NCBI GenBank assembly: GCA_003614675.1
Contig: ML002393.1
Coordinates: 1 to 34,311 of the forward strand
Length of the DNA stretch: 34,311 bases
Reading direction: 5' to 3'
Origin: Dimargaris cristalligena
Lineage: Eukaryota
Part shown: positions 23,587-34,311 of the stretch, one piece after another
How positions within the stretch are numbered: the stretch's first letter is position 1
Layout of the letters: each line of letters starts with the position of its first letter
Translations under genes and position numbers: made by a program
Notes under the pieces: model-generated
Told to the model about the DNA's origin: nothing
Database searches by the model: none
The model's input: the letters and a program-made list of their open reading frames with translations, nothing else

Positions 23587-25683
23587 ATGCTGTCGGTCAT
23601 TGTCTTTGTCCTGGGCCTCTTGGCCGCGGGACTTTACTTCGCCCGCCCGGACCTGTTCGGTGCTGCCGGCTCCTCCAAGACCCGCTCGGGTCGCACTTCG
23701 GGGGGCTCCAAGCCCGCCAAGGACCAGAGCAACAGTGGTAAGAAGGGTAACACTTCCGCCCGAAGCAGCGGTAAGAACACCCACGCTTCGCCCAACGGCT
23801 TTGCCGACAAGACCAGCGTTTCCACCAAGAAGGTGAAGACCGCTACTGGTTCCGTGGAGGCTCCCGCCGCCGAGGCCAAGACCGCCACGAAGGCTAGCCG
23901 TAACCGCAAGAAGAAGGGTGGCGCTAAGAAGACCAACGCCCAGTTCGCGGCCAAGGCGGCTAGTGAATCGGAAGCCGAAGAGTCCGAAGAGGAAGTTTTC
24001 TCCTCTCGCGTTGCTTCGAGCAACCCCTTCGATCTGTTGGACGCGTCTCGCGCTGCCAAGTCGGCTAAGAAGGGTAGGAAGGCCCCCGTTTCGGACGCCC
24101 CCGTCGCCGCTAGCTTTAGCCCTGAATTGCCGTCCCAGGCCCACGCTTCGCTGCCCGCGACCACCGCTCCAATCAAGGCCTCCCGGTCCTCCTCCAGCTC
24201 CTCCTCCTCGCCCGCCACCGATTCGGACGGCTTTGTTCCCGTTAAGCGCGAAGGTGGTAAGAAGAAGGGCAGCCAGGTCCCTTCCAAGACCGCCGCTGCC
24301 CCTGCTGCCCAGCCCGCCCCGAAGGTCGTGGAACGTTCCGCGGAAGCCGAAATTGTGACTGCTGCTCCCGTCTCCGAGCCGGTCACCCAGGACCTCGCCA
24401 CCGGTGAATTGGAACCCGTGGCCGTCGATGCCCCTGCTTCTGGCGTGTCTACCGCTCAGCTGACCCAGCTCGAATCCGAATTGAGCCAGAAGAACGCCGA
24501 GATTGACGCACTGAACCGCCGCCTCCAGCAGAGCCAGACCGAAAGCCAGAAGGTGTCTAAGAAACTTCAGGACATTCAGAACCGTGTGTCCCACCAGGAT
24601 ACCGACCGCCAGGTCTACATCAACCAGATCAAGACCTTGGAGAACAAGGTCGAATCGCTGAATTACACCAACCAGCTGATGTTCAAGCAACTGGGAACCA
24701 ACAAGGAAGCCGAGAAATCCATGAAGCTCTCCAACGCCCAATTGGAACTTACTCAACAGCGCCTGCGCGAGAACGAGACCACCCTGCGCAACGAGATTGA
24801 CCAGCTCACTCGGGCCATGGATCAGCTCCGCAGCGAACGTATGTCCTGGTACACTGATAAGGACTCGACCAACCGCCAGATTCTGGACCTGCAGTCGAAC
24901 CACTCGGCTCTGATGTCCGAGCTTAACACCAGCCAGGCCACTATCGCCAAACTCGGTGCCGATATCGAGGCCAATAAGCATGCCCTCACCCAGAAGGAAC
25001 ACGCTATTGTGTCGTTGGAATCCCTCGTCCAGTCATTCAAGCAGGAAGCCGAGGACCACCGCAAATTCCGCGGAGAATACGAGCAGTTGCTGCCCGAATT
25101 CCAGACCCTCGAGGACAAGCACCGTGCCCTGATCCAGAGCCACCAGGAGATCCAGGCCCAACTTCGCGATGCCCAGGACCAGTCCTCCAGCCGCCAGAGC
25201 CAGGCTTCCAACGAAGCCGCCGAGCTGCGCCAGGAGAACAGTCGCCTCAGCAGTACCGCTGATGAACTCCACAAGGAGCTCGCTGAAATCAAATCGGCCA
25301 ACCAAGCTAAGCTTGGGGAAGCCGAGAGTCAGCTGACTGTCGCTGTTAAGACTGCCGAGAGTGCCGAAGCCACTGTCCAGCAGTTGAAGGATGAACTGGC
25401 CGCGGCCCGCCGGGCCCAGACTGACGCCCAAGTGCAGATTGACGAAGAGCGTGGCGCTGCCAAATCTTTTGAATCTACCCTGGAGTCCACCCGTGCTGAA
25501 CTGAAGGAGGCCGATGCTGCCCAGGCCGCTGCCAAGACCGCTTTGGAGTCCGCCACCGCGGCCGACCAGGCCAAGGCGGACCAGATCACCCAGCTGACCA
25601 AGGAGCTGCAGACCGCTCGCTCCCTGATTGATCTGCTGAAGACCAAGAAGGTCGAGACCGCTCCTGTGGTTGAGGCCGAGTAA
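23587..25683 (+). CDS. Signal-anchored protein with Lys/Ala/Ser-rich disordered region and long coiled coil (698 aa; kinectin/p180-like architecture)
   Basis: Long ORF with high-expression codon bias; N-terminal hydrophobic helix; heptad-rich E/Q/L/K region from about aa 290; upstream GTAAGC donor at 23268 suggests a 5' UTR intron. Confidence 0.85.
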   Translation: MLSVIVFVLGLLAAGLYFARPDLFGAAGSSKTRSGRTSGGSKPAKDQSNSGKKGNTSARSSGKNTHASPNGFADKTSVSTKKVKTATGSVEAPAAEAKTATKASRNRKKKGGAKKTNAQFAAKAASESEAEESEEEVFSSRVASSNPFDLLDASRAAKSAKKGRKAPVSDAPVAASFSPELPSQAHASLPATTAPIKASRSSSSSSSSPATDSDGFVPVKREGGKKKGSQVPSKTAAAPAAQPAPKVVERSAEAEIVTAAPVSEPVTQDLATGELEPVAVDAPASGVSTAQLTQLESELSQKNAEIDALNRRLQQSQTESQKVSKKLQDIQNRVSHQDTDRQVYINQIKTLENKVESLNYTNQLMFKQLGTNKEAEKSMKLSNAQLELTQQRLRENETTLRNEIDQLTRAMDQLRSERMSWYTDKDSTNRQILDLQSNHSALMSELNTSQATIAKLGADIEANKHALTQKEHAIVSLESLVQSFKQEAEDHRKFRGEYEQLLPEFQTLEDKHRALIQSHQEIQAQLRDAQDQSSSRQSQASNEAAELRQENSRLSSTADELHKELAEIKSANQAKLGEAESQLTVAVKTAESAEATVQQLKDELAAARRAQTDAQVQIDEERGAAKSFESTLESTRAELKEADAAQAAAKTALESATAADQAKADQITQLTKELQTARSLIDLLKTKKVETAPVVEAE

Positions 25684-26330
25684 AAAGGGCACTCCGTCTT
25701 GCTTTTACTTTATTTCCCTTCAATCTACTCCCGAACTACCCCGATCTCAGCTTATACCCATTTGATTTATTGATTTATATCCCTGACCGTTGTTAATGGC
25801 TATGTGGCCTGTCATCCTCCTTCCCCTCCTAGTGTGGGGCAAGTATTGGAAGACTTCAAATATGGACAGGTGGGTGTATGGTAAATCAACTCTTAAAAGT
25901 GCGATTTACCTCCACCCATGTTGTTTTTTATAAATATATAAAAATAGTTTATCCTTAAGTAAATTCGCTAAGCTGGTCCATCCCAAGAGACTATTTTGTT
26001 AAAGGGTCAACTGGCTATCATATTCTTGCAATGTCAAAATATTAAAATGTAGTCTCCCAAAAAGTAGCTAATAAATCAATTTGCTCCATTTTGTATCGAA
26101 GTCCAACCTGTATTTCTTAGCGCTACGACCCTTTTCCTCGCCAGTCTAATATCACAGAGTAGGCTCAATCAACTAAGATCGGTCAGGGTTGGCGTTAAGA
26201 TGTCTTTTCATTATTCCCACTTGGGCCATAGGAAACGTCGATATCAATGGGAAATCTACAGAGTAAAGTAAAGCATGTATGGAAAATGTAAATAGAACCT
26301 TTAATAGTAAGTTGGTGTTTCATAATATGC

Positions 26331-27751
26331 TCATCGTTTGGCATAATCGATTTGGAAAGAGTGGTCGTTCAAAGTGGGTTGATCGCCCAACTGCTTCTTG
26401 ACATCGACGGCCTGGCTCTCCTCTTCGTATTCAACGAACGCGATATCCGATTTGCCTGGCACAAGACGAACTTCCATAAAACCATCGTATCTAATCGGGG
26501 TGTGTGTGCGTGGGGAAGAGGGGGGAGGGAAGGGGAATACAAATCAATCAAATGCAGGGTTAGTAACAGTAATAATATACATCTTTCAAGTCCAGCTGAA
26601 TTAAAAGACCAACGTAATTCAAATTTAGCAACCGGACCATGTTATATATACCGGTGGCGCGCATTCTACTTACTTTTCAAAAAGCTCACGCAGCATAGTC
26701 TCGGTGATTTCACTGGTAAGGTTCTGCAGAAATAGAATCTTGTTAGGCGGGGCCGGCTGTACAACAGCGGGAGGACCCGCCATGTGAGGCATACCAGGGA
26801 ATAGGGCGCCAAGCATATGGGGAGGTAGCACACCCGGTGGGTAGGCCATTGGTCCACTCCCCACCGGTGGCATACCTCCTCCGGGCATTTGACCCCCCAT
26901 CCCTTCGGCCCCAGGCGCTAAAGCGCCCGGAGGGACCATCGGTACACCACCACCACCCATGGCGAAGGCGTATGGGTTATGTTTCAGCATTTCCAAAGCG
27001 GCCTGACGTTCCTGGTCGCGTTTTTCCTTGGCTTCCCGATGTTGCTTTTTATAGGCCTGTACATGGGCTTCCACTTTGTCTTCACTGTCACCTTCGCCAT
27101 CTTCATCGCCGTCGTTGTTGGTACTGCCATCTTCGTTTGTTTCGGCCAGGGCTTTGCGCTTGACGGTACTAAACGAATTTGTCCGGGCGTATTGGACGAG
27201 AATGGGCTTATCGAATAAAATAGTTTGTTTAGTGGCCTCGAGGGCTTTGGTGGCAGCCTCTTCGTCTTCAAATACAACGAAGGCTTGGCCACGCATGCGT
27301 AAATTGCCGTGGGCGACAATTTCCACTATTTTACCGTGTGGTTCGTACAATTTGCGAAGCGCTTCCTTGAGAGCTAAAACAGGGGAGAGTGGGAGGTGAG
27401 TCGATCAGTGGAAATAGAGTATGGAGTATTGGTTAGATAGTATAATTTTGCCTCTTCCATCGAGAGGACTGGTATATAATGTTACTAGGAGGTAAGTAGA
27501 AAGGCATAAATAGATCTATATTGATAGGAAACGGAGGTCTAACCTGGTATTTTAATTTTCTCGTTGAGGTTGCTTAAATACAACGTGCTGTTGGGGACAT
27601 TGCACGGTGGGGCTTTGGGTAGCCGTGGCTTCATCAGAGTAGCGGGCATGGGCGGAAATGGGGCCGGGTAGCCGGGCGGCATGTAGGGCGGTAAGCCCAC
27701 CATGGGCATTGGCGGTGCCATGCCGGACGGGGTGCTGGAGGGTGGCTGCAT
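26331..27751 (-). CDS. U1A/U2B''-family two-RRM snRNP protein (U1A-like); exons 27751-27544, 27373-26674, 26490-26331
   Basis: PNSTLYLSNLNEKIK, VAHGNLRMRGQAFVVF, PPNKILFLQNL, EVRLVPGKSDIAFVEY; introns are phase-compatible; start codon is the first in-frame ATG. Confidence 0.92.
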
Positions 27752-29258
27752 TCCAAATCGATGAAGCGGATTGGCGGGTGTTAATTGAATAGAAGGGGGC
27801 CGTGTGTTAGTCACTAATCCAGTCAGGCTAAAACAATAGAAAAACTAGAATAAACGATGGAGAGTATTGGGCGCATGTAACCCAAAGGAGGAATGTGGTA
27901 AAGTTACTATGGTAGGAATTAACAACGATTCAGAGTTTAAATGGAAGTATTGGTCTCACTATTTCGAGTGGTCAAGTTTTACATGTATAAAACGCGTTAA
28001 ATCTTCTGGCACTCTTGGCCGTATAACCTTGGAGTTGAACGAGACGACTATACGCTGTTACTATAGTGGTAGAGGTTCTTGGAAGCCCACTTCCATGGCC
28101 TAATAACAGGAATGAGAGGAATATATTCACGTGACTAGTTAAGGGTCGATCAACCTCATTTAGGGAAATTAACTTCCCTAGCCAAGAATAGAGTGTGTTA
28201 CTTCAACATCCGGCCAGACATATTTGAACACAATGTTAACTATTGGTCATTGAACCCCCAACTCCTCTGGTATAAACTACATATAATTTGAGGAACTAAC
28301 AAATAGGATCTAGTCGAGGGTGCCTGCAATCCAAACTCTAATATCCCGAATTACTCAGTATTGAGGGGGCCTTTATACATTTATTTGTTGCCGACCCTAT
28401 TAGTTTGTGGGTTAGTGTCGTTTTAGATTGTATTCAATGGGGGATACCAGTGACATACTGGAGCTCACAGATTAACATACATGTTTTTTGGTATTAGAGG
28501 TATATTGCTACTAATTAAGAACACACACGCTTGATACCTCCTCCCAAATAACCAAACTAGCAACCCCACGTACCCCGGTGATGGAGTAGCAGTTGCTAGC
28601 TGGTAAGTCCTATCTAATAACCAACTGTATTCACATAGTTTTGGTCCAGACGGTAGTGGTCGGAATGCCGCTGGTTTATGGAGTTTAGAATATAGTACTT
28701 TGAATGGTATGCTGTAGCAGGATAGTACGGCGGGGCAATGGGGTCAATTTCACGTCAAGGAATGGGTGAGGCCCTGGAGGTCTGGTGAAGTGGGCTTGAC
28801 TGGGTAGTAGTTTCCTCGCCAAAAGTACATGACGAGCGTTAACTTGAGCAAGAGCAGCAGCAGGCCCCAGTCGATTAATAACAAAACTTATCAACTCAGC
28901 CTATTGGTCCATGTAGCAGTAGGTGTCCTCTCCCTCCCTTTTTTGGCAGGAGAGACTGATTATACAGCTGGGAATAATTTTTGGCCCTGGTGGTACTTTC
29001 CCCCCCCTCCAATTGCAACGCCCAAGCCCACCAGCGGGAGAAACCCATCCACCACTATCACCACTGGCTGACTGAGAGTGTGGATCAGCCCAGCCCAGCC
29101 TAATAAATGAGCAGCTGGATGGATGGAGGGTGAAAAGTCGATTATAGATAGAATTATAAAATCAACATTTTACCTACACCCGCGGTTGAGCCCCCTCTTT
29201 CTACCCCGAATTACTCGTATCCACACCCTCCTCGTTTTCGAACCGCAGGATTAAAAAG

Positions 29259-29745
29259 GTATGCGTGCGAGCTATTCCGTCCATCCATCGCGGCCCCCTC
29301 CCCGTTCGTCAGCCCGTCAGCGTACCCCCTCCCCCATCGCCTTACTCCATACATCCGTCCATGCTATGCCCCGATCTCCGAACACCACTTTCCGACATCC
29401 GCCCCAGAGGTATCCGCACACACGCACGTAGGCATCCATCCATCCATCCATGGATGTGCCGCACGGGCGAACCATCCGTCCCCATTGTCGATAATCCGAA
29501 TCGGCGAAAGACCTACCGTCACGTAGACGAACAATGGTGAATGGGTCGTTCATGCCAACATGGGGCAACTCGCTGGACCAGGCCGCTGACGAATTATCGG
29601 CTCGATGGGATTCCTATTCTTAGAATCAGTTTTTGACCAAACCCATCTCCACCTCTCAAGGCCCGAATCAACCCGTTGAAGCCGAATCCGTTAACTAATC
29701 TCTTCCATTATTCCGGTTCTATCCCTCCCTCCCGTGACTTTCTAG
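29259..29745 (+). other. 5' UTR intron of RPS19 ending directly before the ATG
   Basis: AAG|GTATGC donor, ACTAAT branch near 29694, pyrimidine tract, TAG|ATG. Confidence 0.8.
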
Positions 29746-30408
29746 ATGGCTGGTGGTAAAACTCTTAAGGATGTCAGCGCTGCTGCTTTTATCAAGGCCT
29801 ACTCCGCTCACTTGAAGCGCTCTGGCAAACTCCCCGTCCCCGAATGGGTTGACCTGGTCAAGACCTCCACTGGCCGCGAACAGGCCCCCATCGACCCCGA
29901 CTGGTTCTACATCCGTACCGGTAAGTGAATCACCTTACTGTTACCATACCCAAACGAATGGCGCCAGTACCGTTATTTTACAATGGCCGTAGTCTGACTG
30001 TCTTCTTCCTCTCAGAATATTATTACTTTTGTGGTTGGCATGGCGTTGTATAATTTCTACCTGCGTGAAACCCCATTATTCCACGTGTATTTGATTTCAC
30101 TTGTATCTAATCACTCAAGGTCTCTATTCTATTTTCCCACTGTCTCCCTTTGCAATTCGATAGCTGCCATTGCTCGCCACATTTACGTCCGCGGCAATGT
30201 CGGTGTCGGCCGCGTCAGCAAGGCCTACGGTGGTGCCACTCGTCGTGGGCAGCTCCCCAACAAGCGGTGCGGTTCGTCCGGCTCCGTGGCCCGCAAGGCC
30301 ATCCAGGGTCTTGAGAAGCTCGGTGTTCTGGAAAAGGACGCCGCCGGTGGTCGCATCCTCTCCTCCCAGGGTCGCCGTGAACTCGACCGTATCTCCGCCC
30401 AGGCTTAA
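29746..30408 (+). CDS. RPS19: 40S ribosomal protein eS19; exons 29746-29920, 30164-30408
   Basis: [63 protein letters not shown]. Confidence 0.97.
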
Positions 30409-31423
30409 ATTTTTCTAGCTACATCTGGTTTTGAGAAAGCGCGCCCGTCTTCACAACTCACGTCTTGGGCCCGTTCTTTGTCTTAGGGGTTCCCAATGAT
30501 CGGTCTGTGTTTTATAAACCCATCTCAATAAATTCTATTTTCGAGACAATTCGCCACGGCCCCTGATCTCTGATTAGATTTACATTTGTCATTATTTGCT
30601 ATAAAGTATGCCGTTATTATTCGGGTATTCTTCCGAGTGGCATATTTTTTTCACGTTAATATCATACCCATTTCCGCCAATATTTAGATGCATAGATAGA
30701 GATTAGAAAAATCATCAATCCACGGTAATTGTTTCGGGAAATATAGGTACAGAATAGATTCAGACAATGTATTGTTTTATCAAATCGGCTGTATCTGCTA
30801 TAATAGCTAAATTTGGCGGTAGTGTTTAACGCTTACATCGTTATTTGTATTTGATTATTTCCTTTGAAATTATCGCACTTGATGGTCATTACATTTGTAT
30901 TTACTTCGCAGAGAATTTCCTTTGTTGAGCAAGGGGTGCTTTTATAGCGAGGTGTTGGAAACTAACGTTGTGGTTACTAGGTTTGAATTGATGGAACCCA
31001 TGGCCGTCAATTGAATATAGTTTTAACTCACCAAATAGCCAATTTAGCAGCAATATTCATAGTTTTATTCGCCACAATATGGGTGTAATTCGGCCCAGCC
31101 GTCCATAGTTTTAATTGATATTGGTATTGGAAAACAGGCGAGATAGTTAGATAACTATCAGTGTCGTTAATACACCCTACTCGTTCACCACCCCTGCATT
31201 TTTCTTCCCGTATTTATCACTAATAAATACCATATCAAATATTTCGTTTTGCCGTAATTTATTAAACATTAGCCCTGACAATAGGCAAGTGTTTTACGCC
31301 CCACCGCCTCCGCTCCCATAGCTGGGGCGTCATTCTCGGTTCCAGAAAACTCCGCCAAGGTCGCGAAGTATACCTCAAAAATAATAATAACCAAAGAGAA
31401 ATCCTTAGGTGACCTCTCATGAA

Positions 31424-31765
31424 TTAGGCCGGAACACCTTGCCAATTCAAAATAGGGCATTTATAGTCTATATGGTCGCGGAGGTCTGCCTTGGGAAGTA
31501 TTTTTTTACATCCTGGGCATGCTGTTAATTTGGGCTTAAAAAACGAAAAACATTCGTTGACCATTTGAGTGGTATCATCCAGATCCATGGTTTTGAAGTT
31601 CACGGGCAAGGAACCACTGCCGCCGAAACAACCGTCCATGGTATGGCTATCCTGAATCGAGTCTGGAAGAGTAGGGTGGGCCTGGGTAACGAAATTGGCA
31701 CCAGCCATTAGCAGTAATGCCGCCAAACATAGTCGAGTTAGGTTGGGCGAACGGGAGGAGTACAT
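31424..31765 (-). CDS. Small secreted protein (113 aa) with C-terminal C2HC zinc-finger-like motif
   Basis: A-rich start context; signal peptide RLCLAALLLMAGANFVTQA; CPGC-x11-H-x4-C; TATA-like element near 31899-31908. Confidence 0.7.
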   Translation of the reverse strand: MYSSRSPNLTRLCLAALLLMAGANFVTQAHPTLPDSIQDSHTMDGCFGGSGSLPVNFKTMDLDDTTQMVNECFSFFKPKLTACPGCKKILPKADLRDHIDYKCPILNWQGVPA

Positions 31766-33197
31766 TTTTCACTGGGTACGGAAATGTAAAAAATCAAAAA
31801 AAAAAACTATAAACAGCAGCCAGGGAGGATTTCCTCTGCAGTACTAAACCGATTGCGAATATAAAGGTAAAATGTATAACAAAATGCCGGAGAGACAGTA
31901 TATAAATATGAGATTGGGGGGGGGGTGTACGAATAGCAATATTTGGTAGGAAAAGGGGTGTCGAATAAAGCTCAAGTTACAAAAAACCGATTATACGGAC
32001 AGAGAAAGACAGCGGTGGCCAGTTGATATACCAGATATGATAATGCTAGTTCACTCGTCCCTTGTTCTCACCATGGCAAGTGGGGATCCCGCAAGTAGAG
32101 AGCGGGCCAATAATGGCCTATTCCGCCTAGGCCAAGAGAGTTGGCCAAACCTACTCAGGGCAAACCGGCTCATAGAACAGGGGCAGGTAACATAGCCACG
32201 GGAGTGGCTATAGGATGTGGGGGATGCGTGTCATGGGCGGGGTCAAGGAACACTTCGAAAGCAATGACCTCGATTACATGCATACGGTGGGTTACAGATC
32301 ATATACTTGTGTGTCATGTAGTTTGAACATGTTTCAAAGGAATTCAGTGGGTAAGTAGCACATTTAGGCCGCACTGGTCAGTTTAGCACATGGCTGGAGA
32401 CGGGGGATACTTGATAAAAAAAAGGGGGCATATCATATATCAATGTCGAGAGAGGACCATCCCCGCGGCCATGTGCCGTGTAACGTTCTCTGGCGAAGAG
32501 TCTGAGAAATGGAATACAATCCTCGCTCGAATGGAAAAATAGTCAAGAATTATTGGCGTTCCCATCGGGTGTTCTAAGTCCAGTTTCCTCTTTTGTCAAC
32601 ATGTTGTAGTCAGCGGAGGCTGGGGACGTATAAAGGATGTACTGCTATGGGTATGCTCAAATCGGCCCTCATGAAACACTCAACAAATTTTCGTGCGGTC
32701 AAAGGCAATTAACGGTATCATAATATCCCTGTTACATCACGGCCGTTGCTACCGTACTGGTCTAATAGGACGAATAGAGGTCATTTCGCATCATCCGGCT
32801 AGGTATTGTAGCCTACCCCGTCAACCAATTAATCCATTGTAGGAGCTTATTATTAGCGGAAGTGCGATGGTCTACTTATATTTGTGATAAGTGGGTGGTT
32901 TCATAGGATTATTATTAGCTAAAACTAACTGCAGATACCGGTGCCGTATTTTTAGGTAAGACTATTCCCCAAACATGGCTTCGAAAAAAAATAAGTAATT
33001 AACTGGTATTAAAGCCGTTCACCACCTTTAGGCGATGAAACAGTTGTATAGGTTGGCAATATCGGCATATCAGCTGGAACCTCAGTTTAGATTGTGAAAA
33101 TTCCAAGGTATATAGTTAAGCCCTTTGTTCGGCTTGGGTGAAGTCAGTCTCTCTAGCAGAGACAACCTCCTGGCCTCAATCCCTTATATATAGGCCG

Positions 33198-34077
33198 TTT
33201 GGACCAACCTCCCTGCTGGGGCCTAGTTCTCTTCCACCTAGCAGGGCCACTCTGAAACCTACTGGTCCCCTGGGTCCTGCCACTACAGATATATAGTGGT
33301 TATTTACATTTCCAGACCTGAGTTTCTTATTAGTAATAGTATTTTTGAATATATCTATTGTATATCATCTTTGTGAGCTTTATGCTCTTCTTATGGTTTT
33401 TTTTTTATCTTTAGTAATTGAATTATGATTATTACATACTCAGTGGGCTTAATAATTAGGGATAATAGAGTTGACCTAAATTTAGTTTCTAGATGCCATT
33501 ATCACCTAAACTCATTAATAAGAGTTGGGAATATTGCCTAGATCAACTACTCTTAGTCCATTAAGAGTCCTAAGGATAGGCTTCTAATAGTAGGCAGGGC
33601 TTAGACTCAGCTAAGTGGGCTACTAGCATTAGGTATGGGCTATGGTACTAACTAATAAAGGCTATGGTAGTTATATATAAGGGATATACAGTAGGTATGC
33701 TTACTAGTTAGTATAAGGGGGAGTGAGTGTATATAGAGTTTATTATGGGTAAACTAAGGGGTAAGAATAAGTTAAAGAATCTAACTAATCCCAATGGGGC
33801 CTAGTTATATATAAGCAGGGATAACTCCAGAGGGAGGTCCTAAGGTAAGGATACTACTAAGACTAAGGTATAGGTAAATAGGCTAGCCAGATGGCCATGT
33901 GTATCTGGAAGACTCTGATGGTAACCAGAAGAGTCTTTGGATTAGCACTTGAGTGATTAGTGTAAAGTGGTGGAGTCCAGAAGGGGAAGGGTTATATAAT
34001 ATAGGGTAATCCTATAGTACTGGGGGTGACTATAGGAAGGTTAATATGGTACTATAAGGCCTAATTGTTAGAATAAC
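33198..34077. mobile_element. Degenerate repeat/transposon relic, family not identifiable
   Basis: About 880 nt in which I found no CpG, with many TAG/CTA/TAA words and no ORF, unlike the flanks. Confidence 0.45.
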
Positions 34078-34311
34078 CGCAAGTTCTCTCATAGATGATA
34101 ATCCGAGATTGATAATAAAGCTTAAGTCAAAATTAGATAAAAGTAGGAAAGAACCGCAAGGAGATGATTAAGCTCTCCGCGATAGTTTTATTAGGGAAAA
34201 TCTGACCAATAGGAGGCCAATAAGCATGTACCACATCGGGAAAAATATTCCACACTCGGTGTAAAGAACTGAAATCAAATCCTTGAAAACTGAACTTTAT
34301 TTGAAAAGATA

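Noticed and set aside
23566-25692. Long antisense ORFs (478, 255, 219 aa)
   Set aside because: Shadows of the strongly codon-biased sense gene; no independent protein features.
26026-26032. ATTGCAA in the U1A-like 3' region as a PIE autoregulatory element
   Set aside because: Single imperfect copy; PIE needs two AUUG(C/U)AC loops.
29604-29648. ATTCCTA...AAACCCAT resembling snR30/U17 m1/m2 motifs
   Set aside because: Imperfect match, the m2-like part is paired in a stem, and no ACA box follows.
1-34311. CRISPR arrays, tRNA/rRNA genes, intact transposase or reverse transcriptase
   Set aside because: No repeat-spacer pattern, cloverleaf, rRNA motif or catalytic motif recognised.

Overview
Intron-rich eukaryotic DNA, almost certainly fungal (GT-AG introns with CTAAC/CTGAC branch points, fungal-type Ugo1, eL8, eS19). 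An early-diverging, possibly (myco)parasitic lineage is my impression, not something the sequence proves. 1-8.8 kb holds three tandem ~3.3 kb duplications. Each encodes an intronless, signal-peptide-bearing, disordered ~300 aa orphan protein whose conserved islands resemble docking motifs for cytosolic proteins (LxxIxE, FFAT-like, YLxxP) plus a Trp-rich basic C-terminus, i.e. a candidate motif-mimicry effector family. A housekeeping block follows: DinB-like protein, 7-exon F-box/PP2-like protein, LRR protein, UGO1, RPL8 (eL8, with a densely folded 662-nt intron), a membrane-anchored coiled-coil protein, U1A/U2B''-family protein and RPS19 (candidate poison splice site). The window ends with a small secreted protein with a C2HC zinc finger and a CpG-free degenerate repeat. 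Exon structures and RNA stems were derived by eye; no searches or folding programs were run.
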